Notes: generated by a model from the sequence alone, not told the origin. A DNA stretch of 64,000 nucleotides from an uncultured candidate division Zixibacteria bacterium (GCA_963668625.2 CAXXKA010000008.1:704001-768000), one strand, 5' to 3'. Counted from the first letter of the stretch, positions 41,054 to 52,161 are shown. Program-made: numbers and translations.

Positions 41054-41849
41054 TGTTAAAACTCTTCGTAAATTAAAACGCGAGGGGAATAAGATTGTCG
41101 TTTTAACCGCTTACGACTATCCAACCGCCAAGATACTCGATCAGGCCGGCGTGGATTGCCTGCTGGTCGGCGATTCGGCAGCCACCGTTTTCGCGGGGCA
41201 TCAGAACACTCTGCCGATTACGATGGATCAGATGATATTTTTATGCGCCAGCGTGGTGCGGGCGGCCGAACGCGCCCTGGTGATCGCCGATATGCCGTTT
41301 CTGAGCTTTCAACCCTCAACTGCCGATGCTATCACCAATGCCGGCAGATTTCTGAAAGAGGCCGGCGCTAAAGCCGTGAAGCTGGAGGGCGGCATGGAGA
41401 TGTGCGAGACTATCGCCAGGATGGTCGAACTGGGTATTCCGGTGATGGGGCATATCGGGCTTACGCCGCAGTCGGTCAATAAATTCGGGGGCTATAAGAT
41501 AATGGGTAAAACCCAACGCCAGAGAAAATACATGCTCGATTCCGCCAAAGCGCTTCAGGATGCCGGGGCGTTTGCCATGGTACTCGAGGCGGTTCTGCCC
41601 GATCTGGCACAGGAGATATCCGAGTCGGTACGCATTCCGACAATCGGTATCGGCGCCGGGCCTCACTGTGACGGCCAGGTGCTGGTGACCTCCGATATGC
41701 TGGGTTTGTTCGAGGAGTTCAGGCCGAAATTCGTACGCCTGTATGCCAATATAGCCAATACTATAAGGGAGGCAGCCTCTCAGTATTGCAGTGATGTTAA
41801 AACCGGTAATTTCCCCAACGCCGATGAGAGTTATGGTATTAAGGGATAA
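41016..41849 (+). CDS. panB: 3-methyl-2-oxobutanoate hydroxymethyltransferase
   Basis: LTAYD, LVGDS, DMPF, VKLEGG, GHIGLTPQS, IGIGAG..CDGQVLV. Confidence 0.97.
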   Translation: MPETLPESPKKVNVKTLRKLKREGNKIVVLTAYDYPTAKILDQAGVDCLLVGDSAATVFAGHQNTLPITMDQMIFLCASVVRAAERALVIADMPFLSFQPSTADAITNAGRFLKEAGAKAVKLEGGMEMCETIARMVELGIPVMGHIGLTPQSVNKFGGYKIMGKTQRQRKYMLDSAKALQDAGAFAMVLEAVLPDLAQEISESVRIPTIGIGAGPHCDGQVLVTSDMLGLFEEFRPKFVRLYANIANTIREAASQYCSDVKTGNFPNADESYGIKG

Positions 41850-41876
41850 TATCTCTGCATATGATATCGTTAGATC

Positions 41877-42132
41877 TCACTACTGTCCGGTCTTTCCATC
41901 TCGCTGCCGTGCGCTGATTCGCAACGTGACTTGTTTGCCAGCAGAATGCTCATTCTACATGATTTAACAAGGTTTCCAGGCAGCGCTTGGAAACCGAAGC
42001 ACCAAGCCTAACATCGGCAGGACATATCAGGATGAATGATACGCTGAATAAATAATTATATCGGAAGATATTTTTTATTAACAATTCCAGGAAGAAATAT
42101 AAAAATTACCGAAAAACACCGGACACTAGTGA
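41877..42132. mobile_element. MITE-like non-autonomous element, copy 2 (256 bp)
   Basis: Same TIRs as copy 1; flanks TTAGATC / TTAGATA (6/7 target duplication). Confidence 0.85.
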
Positions 42133-42297
42133 TTAGATACATTATTTAAATATCGATTAAGCCTACTCCTGGGACTATCTTGCTTATTACTGTTTTAGAT
42201 TCTTAGCCTGATTATATATTAGTTTTAAAAGCCTCATAAGTACAAGAATTTCAATTAGTTGTCCTTTTCTCTTGACACGCTATTTATATTTCATATT

Positions 42298-42315
42298 TTT
42301 CAGAAAATACTGAAA
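42298..42315 (+). promoter_or_regulatory. palindromic operator upstream of the GbsR-type regulator
   Basis: TTTCAG-AAAATA-CTGAAA between TTGACA (42272) and the RBS. Confidence 0.55.
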
Positions 42316-42326
42316 GGAGTGAATTT

Positions 42327-42827
42327 ATGGGAAATGAGGAGATCGAAAGGTTTGTCGAGTCCTGGGGGTCGATGGGGATACTCTGGGGGATTAACCGCTC
42401 GATGGCGCGTATACAGGCATTCCTATTGCTTTCCGAGGAGCCGGTGGATGCCGAGACGATTGCTACCGAGTTGAATATCAGCCGCGGCAATACCAGTATG
42501 TGTTTGAAAGAGCTGCGTTCATGGGGCGTGATAAAGCGGGTGAATCAATCCGGGGATCGTCGCGATTTCTACATTATCGAACAGGATGTCTGGACGATGC
42601 TGTACCGGATTACGGTCGAGCGCAAGTCACGTGAGTTCGATCCGGCATACAGCGCGTTACGTCACCTGATGGCAGAGGTTGATACCGAGAATAAAGCCAA
42701 TGTTCATAAGCGTTTGACCGAACTCGAGGAGGTAATGTCCACGGTAGATCGAATATTCGGGACATTCTTGGAAAGCGAGGAGAAAAGCCGGGGCATGCTG
42801 GAGTTTTTCAAACGTTTCATTAAATAA
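42327..42827 (+). CDS. GbsR/MarR family transcriptional regulator
   Basis: FVESWGSMG..WGINRSMARI.A.L, L.ISRGNTSM.LKELRSWG, GDRRDFY. Confidence 0.88.
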   Translation: MGNEEIERFVESWGSMGILWGINRSMARIQAFLLLSEEPVDAETIATELNISRGNTSMCLKELRSWGVIKRVNQSGDRRDFYIIEQDVWTMLYRITVERKSREFDPAYSALRHLMAEVDTENKANVHKRLTELEEVMSTVDRIFGTFLESEEKSRGMLEFFKRFIK

Positions 42828-43053
42828 TAGACATGGAGTTAATATGAACTCGGCATTCAGAATTAGCTCGTTCGGATCGTTAATTGGCATAGGGCATATA
42901 TCCACGACTCCGGTTTTCTGTAAGCGGCTTGTTGATAATGCTAACAGGTTTGGCGGAAAGAGGTTGGCGCTGGTAATTACGATTACCGTGATAATACGTT
43001 TAATCTTGCTGCGGCTAATAGGGGATAATACTAATTGATAAGGAGAGTTTGCT

Positions 43054-43449
43054 ATGATTAGATGGATGTTGTTATCTGGAGGCGTTTTTAATTTTTTAGT
43101 TGCAGTTTTTCATCTTTTTTTCTGGAAACTGTTTGACTGGCCGGCGGGACTTGCATGTCTGTCGGTTGAAAACCGGGGAATGATACAGGTATTTAATGTA
43201 ATTACGATTCTCATCTTATTGTTTTTTTCAGCGGTATCGATTTTCTGTATTGACCAGCTTCGCAAATCTGGCTTGGGCTCGATAGTGCTTTCAACCGTCG
43301 CCTTGTTCTGGCTCATCCGGGCTGCCGCCGAGATCATTCTCTGTGGAGATATCGGGAATATACTATCGTTGGTGATTATTCTTATATGTTTGGCTGTCAG
43401 TTCGTTCTATCTGATGCCATTGATACCGGCCTGTAGAAAAAGTCATTAG
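43054..43449 (+). CDS. hypothetical membrane protein
   Basis: GGAGAG RBS; FHLFFWKLFDW; four hydrophobic segments. Confidence 0.7.
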   Translation: MIRWMLLSGGVFNFLVAVFHLFFWKLFDWPAGLACLSVENRGMIQVFNVITILILLFFSAVSIFCIDQLRKSGLGSIVLSTVALFWLIRAAAEIILCGDIGNILSLVIILICLAVSSFYLMPLIPACRKSH

Positions 43450-43589
43450 CATTTTCTATCTTCGAGAGCTATATCGACGGAGGCGTATTGAATACCTTTT
43501 TATAGTAATACATATTGCATTTTTGATATATTTGTTTATAATGCCTAAGATGAGTAGATAATTTTATAAGAGCAGGAGGTGTATGAGAA

Positions 43590-44429
43590 ATGGCTAAAGT
43601 TTCATTCGTTGCTTTATGTATGATCGTTCTAATTAGCGGCTTTGCCGGAGCAACTAATCTGTATCCCACCGATGATATTTATATCGACACGGTCGGTTCC
43701 GTACAGCATGAAGAGGGAGATTTGTTTATCGCCAATTACCCGGATGAGCCGGCGATATATCAAACCATGATGAAATTCGATCTGACCGCTTATGACGGCA
43801 TGTATATCGATGAGGCGTTGCTCTGGGTGTATCGTTATTACGGTTGCAGCCACGGTTTCACCCATGTCGAGGTTTACGCTATCGAGGAGGACTGGCAAGA
43901 ACAGAGCTGGCCGCTGAACGAGTATGTCACTCACGGCGAGACAATGTGGTCGGAGGGTATCTTGAGCCAGATAGGATGGAATATTATCGATGTTACCTAC
44001 CTGGTGAATACCTGGACGACTGGCGATTATACTAACAACGGCATGGTTTTAGTCGGCGAGGACGATACCCGGATGAGCAAGCTGTATTCCAGCGAGATGG
44101 GTAACGGTTACGAACCTTATTTGCAGATGCCGACTATTATTTCTGCCGATGAGAACAACAGCCTGCCCTCACGAGTGGAGATGACCTCATATCCCAATCC
44201 GTTCAATGCGCGGGTGAATATCAGTTTCACGCTTACCCAGGAGTCTGATATCAATCTTGAGGTATTCAATATTCTCGGGCAAAAAGTGGTTACGCTGGCG
44301 AACGGTTCATTCCAGCCCGGCAGCCACAATGTCAGTTGGAACGCCGATGGAAACCCGACCGGCATGTATTTCTATCGCCTGACTACCGGCGATAGCAGTA
44401 TTACCAAGAGGATGCTGTATCTGAAATAA
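43590..44429 (+). CDS. secreted DNRLRE-like domain protein with a Por/T9SS-like C-terminal tail
   Basis: Signal peptide, MKFDL, DVT.LV..W, NNGM, YSSE...P.L, and the tail SYPNPFN...GMYFYRL...KRMLYLK. Confidence 0.75.
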   Translation: MAKVSFVALCMIVLISGFAGATNLYPTDDIYIDTVGSVQHEEGDLFIANYPDEPAIYQTMMKFDLTAYDGMYIDEALLWVYRYYGCSHGFTHVEVYAIEEDWQEQSWPLNEYVTHGETMWSEGILSQIGWNIIDVTYLVNTWTTGDYTNNGMVLVGEDDTRMSKLYSSEMGNGYEPYLQMPTIISADENNSLPSRVEMTSYPNPFNARVNISFTLTQESDINLEVFNILGQKVVTLANGSFQPGSHNVSWNADGNPTGMYFYRLTTGDSSITKRMLYLK

Positions 44430-44454
44430 GATATGCGAAATTCAATACGATTTT

Positions 44455-44485
44455 AGGGGGCGTGTTTTTTATGCGCCCTTTTTTA
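44455..44485 (+). terminator. intrinsic terminator
   Basis: GGGCGTG...TGCGCCC followed by a T run. Confidence 0.6.
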
Positions 44486-44682
44486 TTAGGTATTATCAAT
44501 CGGGAGGAGGATGATCTTGGCTGTCTCGTTGCGAAGCGCTGTTTCCCGATGTGAATGTCATTTTGCGAGTTGCCGGCCCGACAGAGTTCTTTGTTTCTCA
44601 TTTCCCGCCGGTTTGCTGCATAAAGCCAGGTGGCAGGAAAGGATTTTTGCCACCACTGGCAATCACTTGACAGGGAGCATAT

Positions 44683-45405
44683 ATGAAAGCGATTGAACTG
44701 TACCAGGATATTAGAAAATTCTTTGAGGCTAATGCCGATAAAGCAAGAGCCAAGAAATACTCTAGATATTTTAAAGAAGGCTATGATGCTTACGGAATAA
44801 CACCGGATCTTATGCATGAGAAAAGAGATGTCCGATTAAACGCCGGCAACGTGAGTATAAAAACCGTGTTAGGTGCGAGTAAATATCTTGTTGGCAGTGG
44901 TAAATTCGAGGAAACGACCTTCGCTGTTATCCTGTTGAAAGGATTCGCCGACCAATTCGATATTGACACCTTCAAACGAATCAGCAAATGGTTCGATATC
45001 GGAATTATCAACTGGGGTCATTGTGATGTTTTTTGCGGGCATTTGATGTCGATCCTACTGAATAAAAATATTATCTCCTATGAAGCTCTCGCCGACTGGC
45101 GTACCGGTAAGAACAAATATCAACGTCGCGCCGTCCCGGTATCGCTTCTGGAGATAAAAGATACTACGAAAAATTTCAAACAGATGTTTAAGTTTATCGA
45201 GCCTCTTATGATGGATCAGGAACGAACGGTCGGTCAGGGATTAGGCTGGTATTTGCGAGAGGTATGGAAAATCCAGCCGAAGGTGACAGAGGAATTTCTG
45301 CTCGAGTGGAAAGATGATGCACCGAGAGTAATATTCCAATATGCTACGGAGAAAATGAGTAAAGAGGGGAAAGCGAGATTCAGAAAAGCCAAAAAGAAAG
45401 CATAA
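44683..45405 (+). CDS. DNA alkylation repair protein (AlkD-like)
   Basis: NWGHCD, YQRRA, VGQGLGWYLRE, YATEKM. Confidence 0.85.
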   Translation: MKAIELYQDIRKFFEANADKARAKKYSRYFKEGYDAYGITPDLMHEKRDVRLNAGNVSIKTVLGASKYLVGSGKFEETTFAVILLKGFADQFDIDTFKRISKWFDIGIINWGHCDVFCGHLMSILLNKNIISYEALADWRTGKNKYQRRAVPVSLLEIKDTTKNFKQMFKFIEPLMMDQERTVGQGLGWYLREVWKIQPKVTEEFLLEWKDDAPRVIFQYATEKMSKEGKARFRKAKKKA

Positions 45406-46296
45406 TTATTTCTTAATATACTCCCGGATACCTTCCGAGAAATAAATCGGATCGGTACTGAATGTGCTCCAGAACGTGTTGTCATCCGAAACCGACCCGG
45501 CAGTTAGCATCTTGATTGCCTCGGCGCTAACCGGCCCGGGGAGAAGTTTACCGAATAGTTTCGCGGCTAAAATAGAAAGTCCGAGCGGCTGATGAATTTT
45601 CGCAGCTTTATTTTTGCCTCGGGCTTTAGCTATCCTATCCAGTATCTCATTATAGTTTAATTTCTCCGGCCCGGGGACATCATAGATTTTACCGAATGTA
45701 TCCGGTGTATCGATCGACTGAGCGATCGCCTCGGCCAGGTTGGAGACATGCACCGGCATGAACTCATATTTGCCATCCCCGACAACCGGCACGAGCGGTA
45801 ACCGCCGGCTCATCTTTGCGAGCATGTTCACCATGTGATCCTCGGGGCCGTAAACCAGCGAGGGCCGGAATATCGTCCAGTCCAGGCCGCTCTCTTTTAT
45901 CACATTTTCGCCTTGGTGTTTGCTCTGGAAATACTCGGTATCCATATCGCCGCCGGCGCCCAGGGCTGACATATGGATGAATCGTTTAACGCCTGAATCC
46001 TGAGCGGCTTTTATAAGGCTCATGGGTATCAGGTGATGAGCGAAATCGAACGATGTCTCTTTGGTTTCTTTTATAATGCCGATTAAATTGATTATCGCCT
46101 GACAGTCGGCGACTGATTTTTTCAGGGCATGCGGTGAGTCATAATAAACATAGCGCGACTCGGTACTTTTAAAGCGGGTTATTTTCAGTAACGATCCCTG
46201 TCGTATGAGGGCTTTTATACTATGACCATCGGCTATGAGTTTTCTCATTATCTCCTTGCCGATGAATCCCGTTCCGCCAGCGACTGCGATATTCAT
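45406..46296 (-). CDS. NAD(P)-binding epimerase, complex I NDUFA9-like family
   Basis: GGTGFIG, INLIGIIKE, FIHMSALG, YFQSK, WTIFRPS. Confidence 0.85.
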   Translation of the reverse strand: MNIAVAGGTGFIGKEIMRKLIADGHSIKALIRQGSLLKITRFKSTESRYVYYDSPHALKKSVADCQAIINLIGIIKETKETSFDFAHHLIPMSLIKAAQDSGVKRFIHMSALGAGGDMDTEYFQSKHQGENVIKESGLDWTIFRPSLVYGPEDHMVNMLAKMSRRLPLVPVVGDGKYEFMPVHVSNLAEAIAQSIDTPDTFGKIYDVPGPEKLNYNEILDRIAKARGKNKAAKIHQPLGLSILAAKLFGKLLPGPVSAEAIKMLTAGSVSDDNTFWSTFSTDPIYFSEGIREYIKK

Positions 46297-46508
46297 ATCG
46301 TATCTCTCGATCCCGTGAGGTTAATTTCCTTTATTCATTAATACGCATCAATTAATAAATATATTCCATAACAAACGACAAGCACAAATACGCTTTATAT
46401 ATATAACTCAATTCGTTGTTCGGCGGTTTAATTATTCAATCGCCTGGCAAAAGCCATACAGCCGTGGTTTTTCATGGCAAAATACTTTGGGGTAGCCTGT
46501 TTATTATA

Positions 46509-47756
46509 TCAGGAACTCATCGACTCCAGGAATTTAGCGTTCGTCTTGGTTTTTGTCAAGCGGTCGAGGATAAATTCCATGGCGTCGATAGGACTCATCT
46601 CGTTGAGGAATTTCCTCAAAATCCAAATACGATTAAGCTCATCCGCGGTAAGCAACAGTTCCTCTTTACGAGTACCCGAGCGGTTGATATCGATAGCCGG
46701 GAAAATACGGCGGTCAGCCAGGCGGCGATCCAGCACTATCTCCATGTTACCGGTGCCTTTAAACTCCTCGAAAATAACATCATCCATACGCGAGCCGGTC
46801 TCAACCAGGGCGGTGGCGATAATCGTTAGCGAGCCACCCTCCTCGATATTTCTGGCGGCGCCGAAGAAACGTTTTGGTTTCTGTAGGGCGTTAGAGTCCA
46901 CACCACCGGAGAGGATTTTGCCCGAATGCGGCACGACTGCATTATAAGCGCGCGCCAGGCGGGTGATAGAGTCAAGGAGGATTACGACATCCTTTTTATG
47001 CTCGACTAAGCGCTTGGATTTCTCGATAACCATCTCGGCGACGGTAACGTGACGATCGGCAGGCTCATCGAAAGTTGAGGATATCACCTCGGCCTTAACC
47101 GTGCGTTCCATATCGGTTACCTCCTCCGGGCGCTCATCTATAAGCAGTACGATAAGTTTCATGTCCGGATGATTGGTGGTAATCGAGTTGGCTATTTTCT
47201 GCAGGATAATCGTTTTACCGGCTTTCGGTGGCGAGGTGATAAGACCACGCTGTCCTTTACCGATGGGCGAAAGCATGTCCATGATACGAGTTGTCGGGTC
47301 TTTGGAAAGTACTTCGAGTTTGATTTTCTCCTCGGGATAAAGCGGCGTCAGATTGTCGAACAGGATTTTGTGTTTGGCAACCTCGGGATTCTCGAAATTG
47401 ACTGCCTCGATTTTCAAGAGCGCGAAATAACGCTCGGTTTCCTTGGGCGGTCTTACCTGGCCGGATACGGTGTCGCCGGAACGAAGATCGAATTTCTTGA
47501 TCTGCGAAGGGCTGACATAAATATCATCGGGGCCGGGAAGGTAATTGTAGTCGGGACTTCTTAAAAAACCGTAGCCCTCGGGAAGCACCTCGAGCACGCC
47601 CTCGGCGAAAATCAAACCATCCTGCTCGGTTTGTGCCTCGAGAATCTTGAATATCAGCTCGGATTTTTTCAGTCCTGAAATGCCGGGTATCTGAAGCTCC
47701 TCCGCGAGATTGGTCAATTCGTTAATGGTTTTGGATTTTAATTCTACGATATCCAT
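46509..47756 (-). CDS. rho: transcription termination factor Rho
   Basis: [40 protein letters not shown]. Start at MDIVELK after AGGAG. Confidence 0.97.
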   Translation of the reverse strand: MDIVELKSKTINELTNLAEELQIPGISGLKKSELIFKILEAQTEQDGLIFAEGVLEVLPEGYGFLRSPDYNYLPGPDDIYVSPSQIKKFDLRSGDTVSGQVRPPKETERYFALLKIEAVNFENPEVAKHKILFDNLTPLYPEEKIKLEVLSKDPTTRIMDMLSPIGKGQRGLITSPPKAGKTIILQKIANSITTNHPDMKLIVLLIDERPEEVTDMERTVKAEVISSTFDEPADRHVTVAEMVIEKSKRLVEHKKDVVILLDSITRLARAYNAVVPHSGKILSGGVDSNALQKPKRFFGAARNIEEGGSLTIIATALVETGSRMDDVIFEEFKGTGNMEIVLDRRLADRRIFPAIDINRSGTRKEELLLTADELNRIWILRKFLNEMSPIDAMEFILDRLTKTKTNAKFLESMSS

Positions 47757-47940
47757 CGTTCTATCTCCTTGAAATATGATTGTTTTCAAACAGGGGGGCC
47801 GGTAGCTCGAATCATCCCGTTTAGTATGCTGGAGTCCCGGATACATCTCGCGCCCGCGAGCAACGTATCATCCGATGGGACAGCAAGGGATATTCGATAC
47901 CGGTTCAGATCAGGCCGATCTGAAAGTTAATTGGTGAAAA

Positions 47941-48282
47941 TTAATCCAGTTTTTCGCCCGGTGCGTCTCCCCATAGCTTTTCTAATGAGTAATATTCCCG
48001 GATTTCAGGCTGAAATACATGCACGACTACATCGACATAATCCAGCAGAACCCATTGCAAGTTTTTGTAGCCCTCGATATGCCAGGCTCCGATCCCCTTT
48101 TCCTTTAGCCCCACTCTGATATTATCAGCGATTGACTTCACATGAACATCAACTGAACCGCTGATTATTACGAAATATTTAGCAACATCCGAACTCTTTT
48201 TCAGGTCGAGTAAGTGAATGTCGAAGGCGTTTTTTTCAAGCGCCAGTTTTCCTATCGTACGTGCTAATTGCTTTGGCTGCAA
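47941..48282 (-). CDS. rsfS: ribosome silencing factor
   Basis: YFVIISG....HV.SIAD, WVLLDYVDVVVHVF...REYYSLEKLWGDA. Confidence 0.95.
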   Translation of the reverse strand: MQPKQLARTIGKLALEKNAFDIHLLDLKKSSDVAKYFVIISGSVDVHVKSIADNIRVGLKEKGIGAWHIEGYKNLQWVLLDYVDVVVHVFQPEIREYYSLEKLWGDAPGEKLD

Positions 48283-48285
48283 AAG

Positions 48286-48798
48286 TTATTTGACCTCGCT
48301 TAAAAGAAGGTTTTTCAGTGAATCATAATCGGATCCGATAATTATCGTTACCTCTATATCCAGAAGATTATCCGACAGTTTTTCAATTAGAAGCTGTTCC
48401 GGGGCTACCCTGAGCAGCTCGGCTACGTAAAGCGCCGCCTCAGAATAAGAACCGGCGTTAACAGGATCGCCCTTGCGGTCTATGACCAGTGTCTTCTCGT
48501 AGTTGAATGTCCGGGCGTTCCCTTTATCGATTATATCAAAGAACACGCCTGTCGAAGACTGCATGAATGACTGGGCTATATCCTCGGCTACATTTTTAAT
48601 GCCGCAGCCGTTTTTTATCTGCAGTCGAACGATCTCGGGCTTTTCAGGTTCCTCGATAATAGTACCAGCCGGTAAAAACATCGAAACGGCAAATACTATT
48701 ATGAAAATCGACAGGAATATAATCGCCCAGCCGGTGAAACCGGGGCTTTTCAACTGCTTTTTGCTTTTTTTCCTTTTAGATGATTTTTTAACCGGCAT
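48286..48798 (-). CDS. LytR C-terminal domain protein
   Basis: N-terminal transmembrane segment, QIKNGCGIK.VA, GNA..F.YEKT, VTIIIGSDY. Confidence 0.8.
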   Translation of the reverse strand: MPVKKSSKRKKSKKQLKSPGFTGWAIIFLSIFIIVFAVSMFLPAGTIIEEPEKPEIVRLQIKNGCGIKNVAEDIAQSFMQSSTGVFFDIIDKGNARTFNYEKTLVIDRKGDPVNAGSYSEAALYVAELLRVAPEQLLIEKLSDNLLDIEVTIIIGSDYDSLKNLLLSEVK

Positions 48799-48835
48799 GA
48801 CCTCCAGGAGGAGCTAATGAGGAAGATTCGAAAAT

Positions 48836-49318
48836 TTAATACCCCCTCCCTGTTTCAGGGAACCAATAGTTAGAATCATAACGATCATAAGGATTGTAAT
48901 AGTAACCGGGAACCTGGCGGTAGTTGAACTGAAAATGTAGGTTTTCGGTTGGTTTCCACGATATTGCCAGGCCAGGTAGTATCTCGCCGTTATTTGACAA
49001 TGTTCCGTTATTATTGCCAAACAATGCGCCCGTATTATGAAGGTAGCCGATATCGAGACGTATTTTCAGTGGATCGGATACCTGATACTCTATCGAATTA
49101 AGATATAGTCCCAAACTCTGAGAGCCCGCACTCGATGAGGAATACATCAAGGAGTAGCTCTGAGTCATATGGAATTTGCCGGGATCAAGCAGGGAGAACC
49201 CGGATGTCGCCGAGTTGTCCGATTTGGTCGGAAAACTCCCCACCATCTGGGGGAACGCCGAGCCGTATAATATTATTGTTAACGCCGATACCAGAATGAC
49301 TTTCTTCAACATAATCAA
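48836..49318 (-). CDS. hypothetical secreted/outer membrane protein
   Basis: Signal peptide; LLDP.KF.M.QSYS...GLYLNSIEY; WKPTEN. Confidence 0.65.
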   Translation of the reverse strand: MIMLKKVILVSALTIILYGSAFPQMVGSFPTKSDNSATSGFSLLDPGKFHMTQSYSLMYSSSSAGSQSLGLYLNSIEYQVSDPLKIRLDIGYLHNTGALFGNNNGTLSNNGEILPGLAISWKPTENLHFQFNYRQVPGYYYNPYDRYDSNYWFPETGRGY

Positions 49319-49414
49319 AACCTCCCACTTATTCAGTGGCGGTTAAAGTTTACAGACTTTGCAAACTCTTGTCAATCACTTTCTTAATTAAACTATTTAT
49401 ATATACTTATGTTC

Positions 49415-50149
49415 CTATATCAAGGTCTCCATCAAAGCCAATTCCTCTTTGGAATTAACCCCCATGCCCTCGTTGGCATCCGCGGATACCATGGCGGAGA
49501 CTTTCAGGCCGTTTTCCTTGAACAACTTTATCGTATCTGTCAGATAATATTCCGCCTGGGCATTTTCCGAGCTCAGTTTATCTAAAACAGTCATCAGCCT
49601 TTGATAGTCGAAACAATAAGCGCCGGTGTTTACCTCGTTTATTTTCTTGATATCATCCGGGGCGTCTTTGAATTCCACGATTCCCTCTAAATAACCGTCA
49701 GAGTCCCGCACGACCCTGCCATAACTGCCCGGATCATCCAGTTTGACAGTTAATACGGTGGCCGCCGAATCGGTCTCGCGGCGCATGGCGATTAGTTTGG
49801 CAATAGTCTCGGGAGTGATCAAAGGCATATCGCCGCATAGTACCAGGAGGTCGCCGTCAAATCCCTCGAGCGCCGGAACAGCCATCTGAACCGCGTGCCC
49901 CGTACCCAGTTGAGGTTCCTGCAGAGCGAATTTTACCTCTCTGCCCGAGAGACTTTCCCTTACCAGCTCGTGTTTATGCCCCACAATCAATACCAGGCTG
50001 CCGACTCCCGCTTTGCGGGCATTATCGATTACATGATCTACCAGGTATTTACCTTTAAGCTCATGTAAAACCTTTGGTAGATCGGATTTCATGCGCTTGC
50101 CTTTACCGGCTGCTAAAATAACCGCGGCGACTTTTTTTGTATCTGTCAT
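49415..50149 (-). CDS. GlmU-like nucleotidyltransferase (N-terminal domain only)
   Basis: ILAAGKGKRMKSDLPKVLH, QLGTGHAV, YGRVVR, EVNTG, NAQAEYYLTD, GVN. No hexapeptide acetyltransferase domain. Confidence 0.85.
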   Translation of the reverse strand: MTDTKKVAAVILAAGKGKRMKSDLPKVLHELKGKYLVDHVIDNARKAGVGSLVLIVGHKHELVRESLSGREVKFALQEPQLGTGHAVQMAVPALEGFDGDLLVLCGDMPLITPETIAKLIAMRRETDSAATVLTVKLDDPGSYGRVVRDSDGYLEGIVEFKDAPDDIKKINEVNTGAYCFDYQRLMTVLDKLSSENAQAEYYLTDTIKLFKENGLKVSAMVSADANEGMGVNSKEELALMETLI

Positions 50150-50249
50150 TTAAATATTCTCTCAGTTTTAATGTTAAACCGTCCCTGAAAATAGATTCGG
50201 CATATTCTTAGAAACGTTTATTCGAGAATGGTTTAATATGCGGTCTATC

Positions 50250-50609
50250 TCAGGAGTCTATCGCTTTATTGTATTGGTCGACCTTGACTATCACCGGTTG
50301 ATGATTGTCGATATCTCCAGTATCAATACTACAGTAGGTTATGATGATTATCTTATCGCCTTTTTGACCCAGGCGAGCGGCCGCGCCGTTAAAGCAGATT
50401 TCGCCACTGCCGGTTTCGGCCTCGATAGCGTATGTCTCGAACCTGGCGCCGTTATTGATATTGACTACCTGCACTTTCTCATGCGGGTAAATCGAGGCTT
50501 TTTCCATCAGGGCTTTATCGATAGACAGGGAACCATTATAGTCCAGGTCGGCATCGGTGACTGTAGCCCGATGGATTTTTGATTTCATCACAGTAATATT
50601 CATATTCAT
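50250..50609 (-). CDS. panD: aspartate 1-decarboxylase
   Basis: [29 protein letters not shown]. Confidence 0.96.
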   Translation of the reverse strand: MNMNITVMKSKIHRATVTDADLDYNGSLSIDKALMEKASIYPHEKVQVVNINNGARFETYAIEAETGSGEICFNGAAARLGQKGDKIIIITYCSIDTGDIDNHQPVIVKVDQYNKAIDS

Positions 50610-50998
50610 TACTCGCCGAAACTAACAAAGCATCAACCATTTGACAAGTGTTTTTTAAACTTATCTACACGTAAAAATGCTCCCGAATTTCTCAATTTTT
50701 CTAAAATACTTATTATGGATGACTTAAGTCTATTACGCGAGCGATAGAGTTTGACATATTTGTCAGATTTATCGGATCGGGGAATGGTAATATATGAAAA
50801 ATATAGTTGACAGTCCGTTAATTTATTATATATTGGTAATAAGCAAACTTATTAACTAAGGGGTTATGTTGTTGATTTTATAGCTCAGGCTAATGTTTGA
50901 GTAAATCTAGCAACAACCTTGCTGTTTATTAATAAAATATGTGTATATCTTCCCTGCGAGGTAATGATAAGTAATTAACATGCAGTAACTAAGAGGGT

Positions 50999-52138
50999 GT
51001 GAGCATGAAAATGTCGAAATATATAATCCTGGTGATGGTTTTTTCTATAGTATTTATATTCTCGATATCTCAAGCGAGCGATAGCGTTTATGTATGGTAT
51101 GGTAATGTTGATGGCAGCCCGGTGGAGGCCAATATCGGCACAGACCTGGAAGTAAACGCGTACATTCAAACCGATTCGGATGCTTACGTGGGCAGCGTGC
51201 TTTTAAACCTGGCCGGGGATGGAATCTACTTCGACAGCCTTCAAAGCGCTGAGCTTGGCGAATTTTATGCGCCGTTAACCAGTTGGGATGCCGCTTATTT
51301 TCTGGATGTTTCGCATGAGGTCGATGAGCTTCCCGAGGGGTGGGTGAGCCAGGGATTGTTTGGGCTTGATGATATTATGCCTCCATTCAATTCGCCGCCA
51401 TTGCATTCGGAGGTGCCTTACCAGATAGCTAAATTCGTTATGTCTACCACCGCCGATCCCAATAATGTCGGTAATTTGGCGGCGGCAATCATGCCGGGTA
51501 TAGACTGGCTCAACGGAGTCTCTAATTGCGGTGATACGAACGGAACCCATAATTATGTAGTGGTCGAGTCGGCCAGTCTCCTGCAATTCGCGGGCGGTGG
51601 ATGGATTAGCGGCCTGATCGAGGATGATCATGGTAATCCCGTTGCCGATGTTCAAATAACGAGCGTTCAGACGGAGAGGTCGGTAATGGGCAACAGCGAG
51701 GGTGAATATACCATCGGCCTGGCGCCCGGCGCCTACGATTTGATTTTCTCGGTTGAAGGCTACAGAGATATTGAGCAAACCGGTGTTACGGTATCTTTGA
51801 ATCAAACAACGCCTCTTAATGTGGTGATGGATATTGGCGTTGGCATCGGTGAGGATCGGGCGGTCCCGATTCCAGATCATTTCGAACTCAAGCAGAATTA
51901 TCCGAATCCATTTAACGCTACTACCTCGATTGAATATTTTCTGGCACAACAAACCCATGTCGTGTTGGCTGTTTACGATATACAGGGACGTCTGGTTGAA
52001 ATGCTGGTTGATAAAGAGCAGGAAGCCGGTGTACATAGAGTTAACTGGAATGCCGATATGGTATCCTCGGGAATGTATTTTTATAAGATACAAACCGATC
52101 AAAATAGCCGGGTTCAAAAGATGATGCTTCTAAAATAG
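50999..52138 (+). CDS. secreted protein with a carboxypeptidase-regulatory-like domain and a Por/T9SS-like tail
   Basis: Signal peptide; G.ISG.I.D..GNPV...PG.YDL.FS..GY; tail QNYPNPFN...KMMLLK. Confidence 0.75.
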   Translation: MSMKMSKYIILVMVFSIVFIFSISQASDSVYVWYGNVDGSPVEANIGTDLEVNAYIQTDSDAYVGSVLLNLAGDGIYFDSLQSAELGEFYAPLTSWDAAYFLDVSHEVDELPEGWVSQGLFGLDDIMPPFNSPPLHSEVPYQIAKFVMSTTADPNNVGNLAAAIMPGIDWLNGVSNCGDTNGTHNYVVVESASLLQFAGGGWISGLIEDDHGNPVADVQITSVQTERSVMGNSEGEYTIGLAPGAYDLIFSVEGYRDIEQTGVTVSLNQTTPLNVVMDIGVGIGEDRAVPIPDHFELKQNYPNPFNATTSIEYFLAQQTHVVLAVYDIQGRLVEMLVDKEQEAGVHRVNWNADMVSSGMYFYKIQTDQNSRVQKMMLLK

Positions 52139-52161
52139 AACGATTATACTGATGATATTTG

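Noticed and set aside
42844-43038. 64-aa ORF between the GbsR-type gene and the membrane gene
   Set aside because: It has a GGAG RBS but no recognisable motif; not enough support to call.
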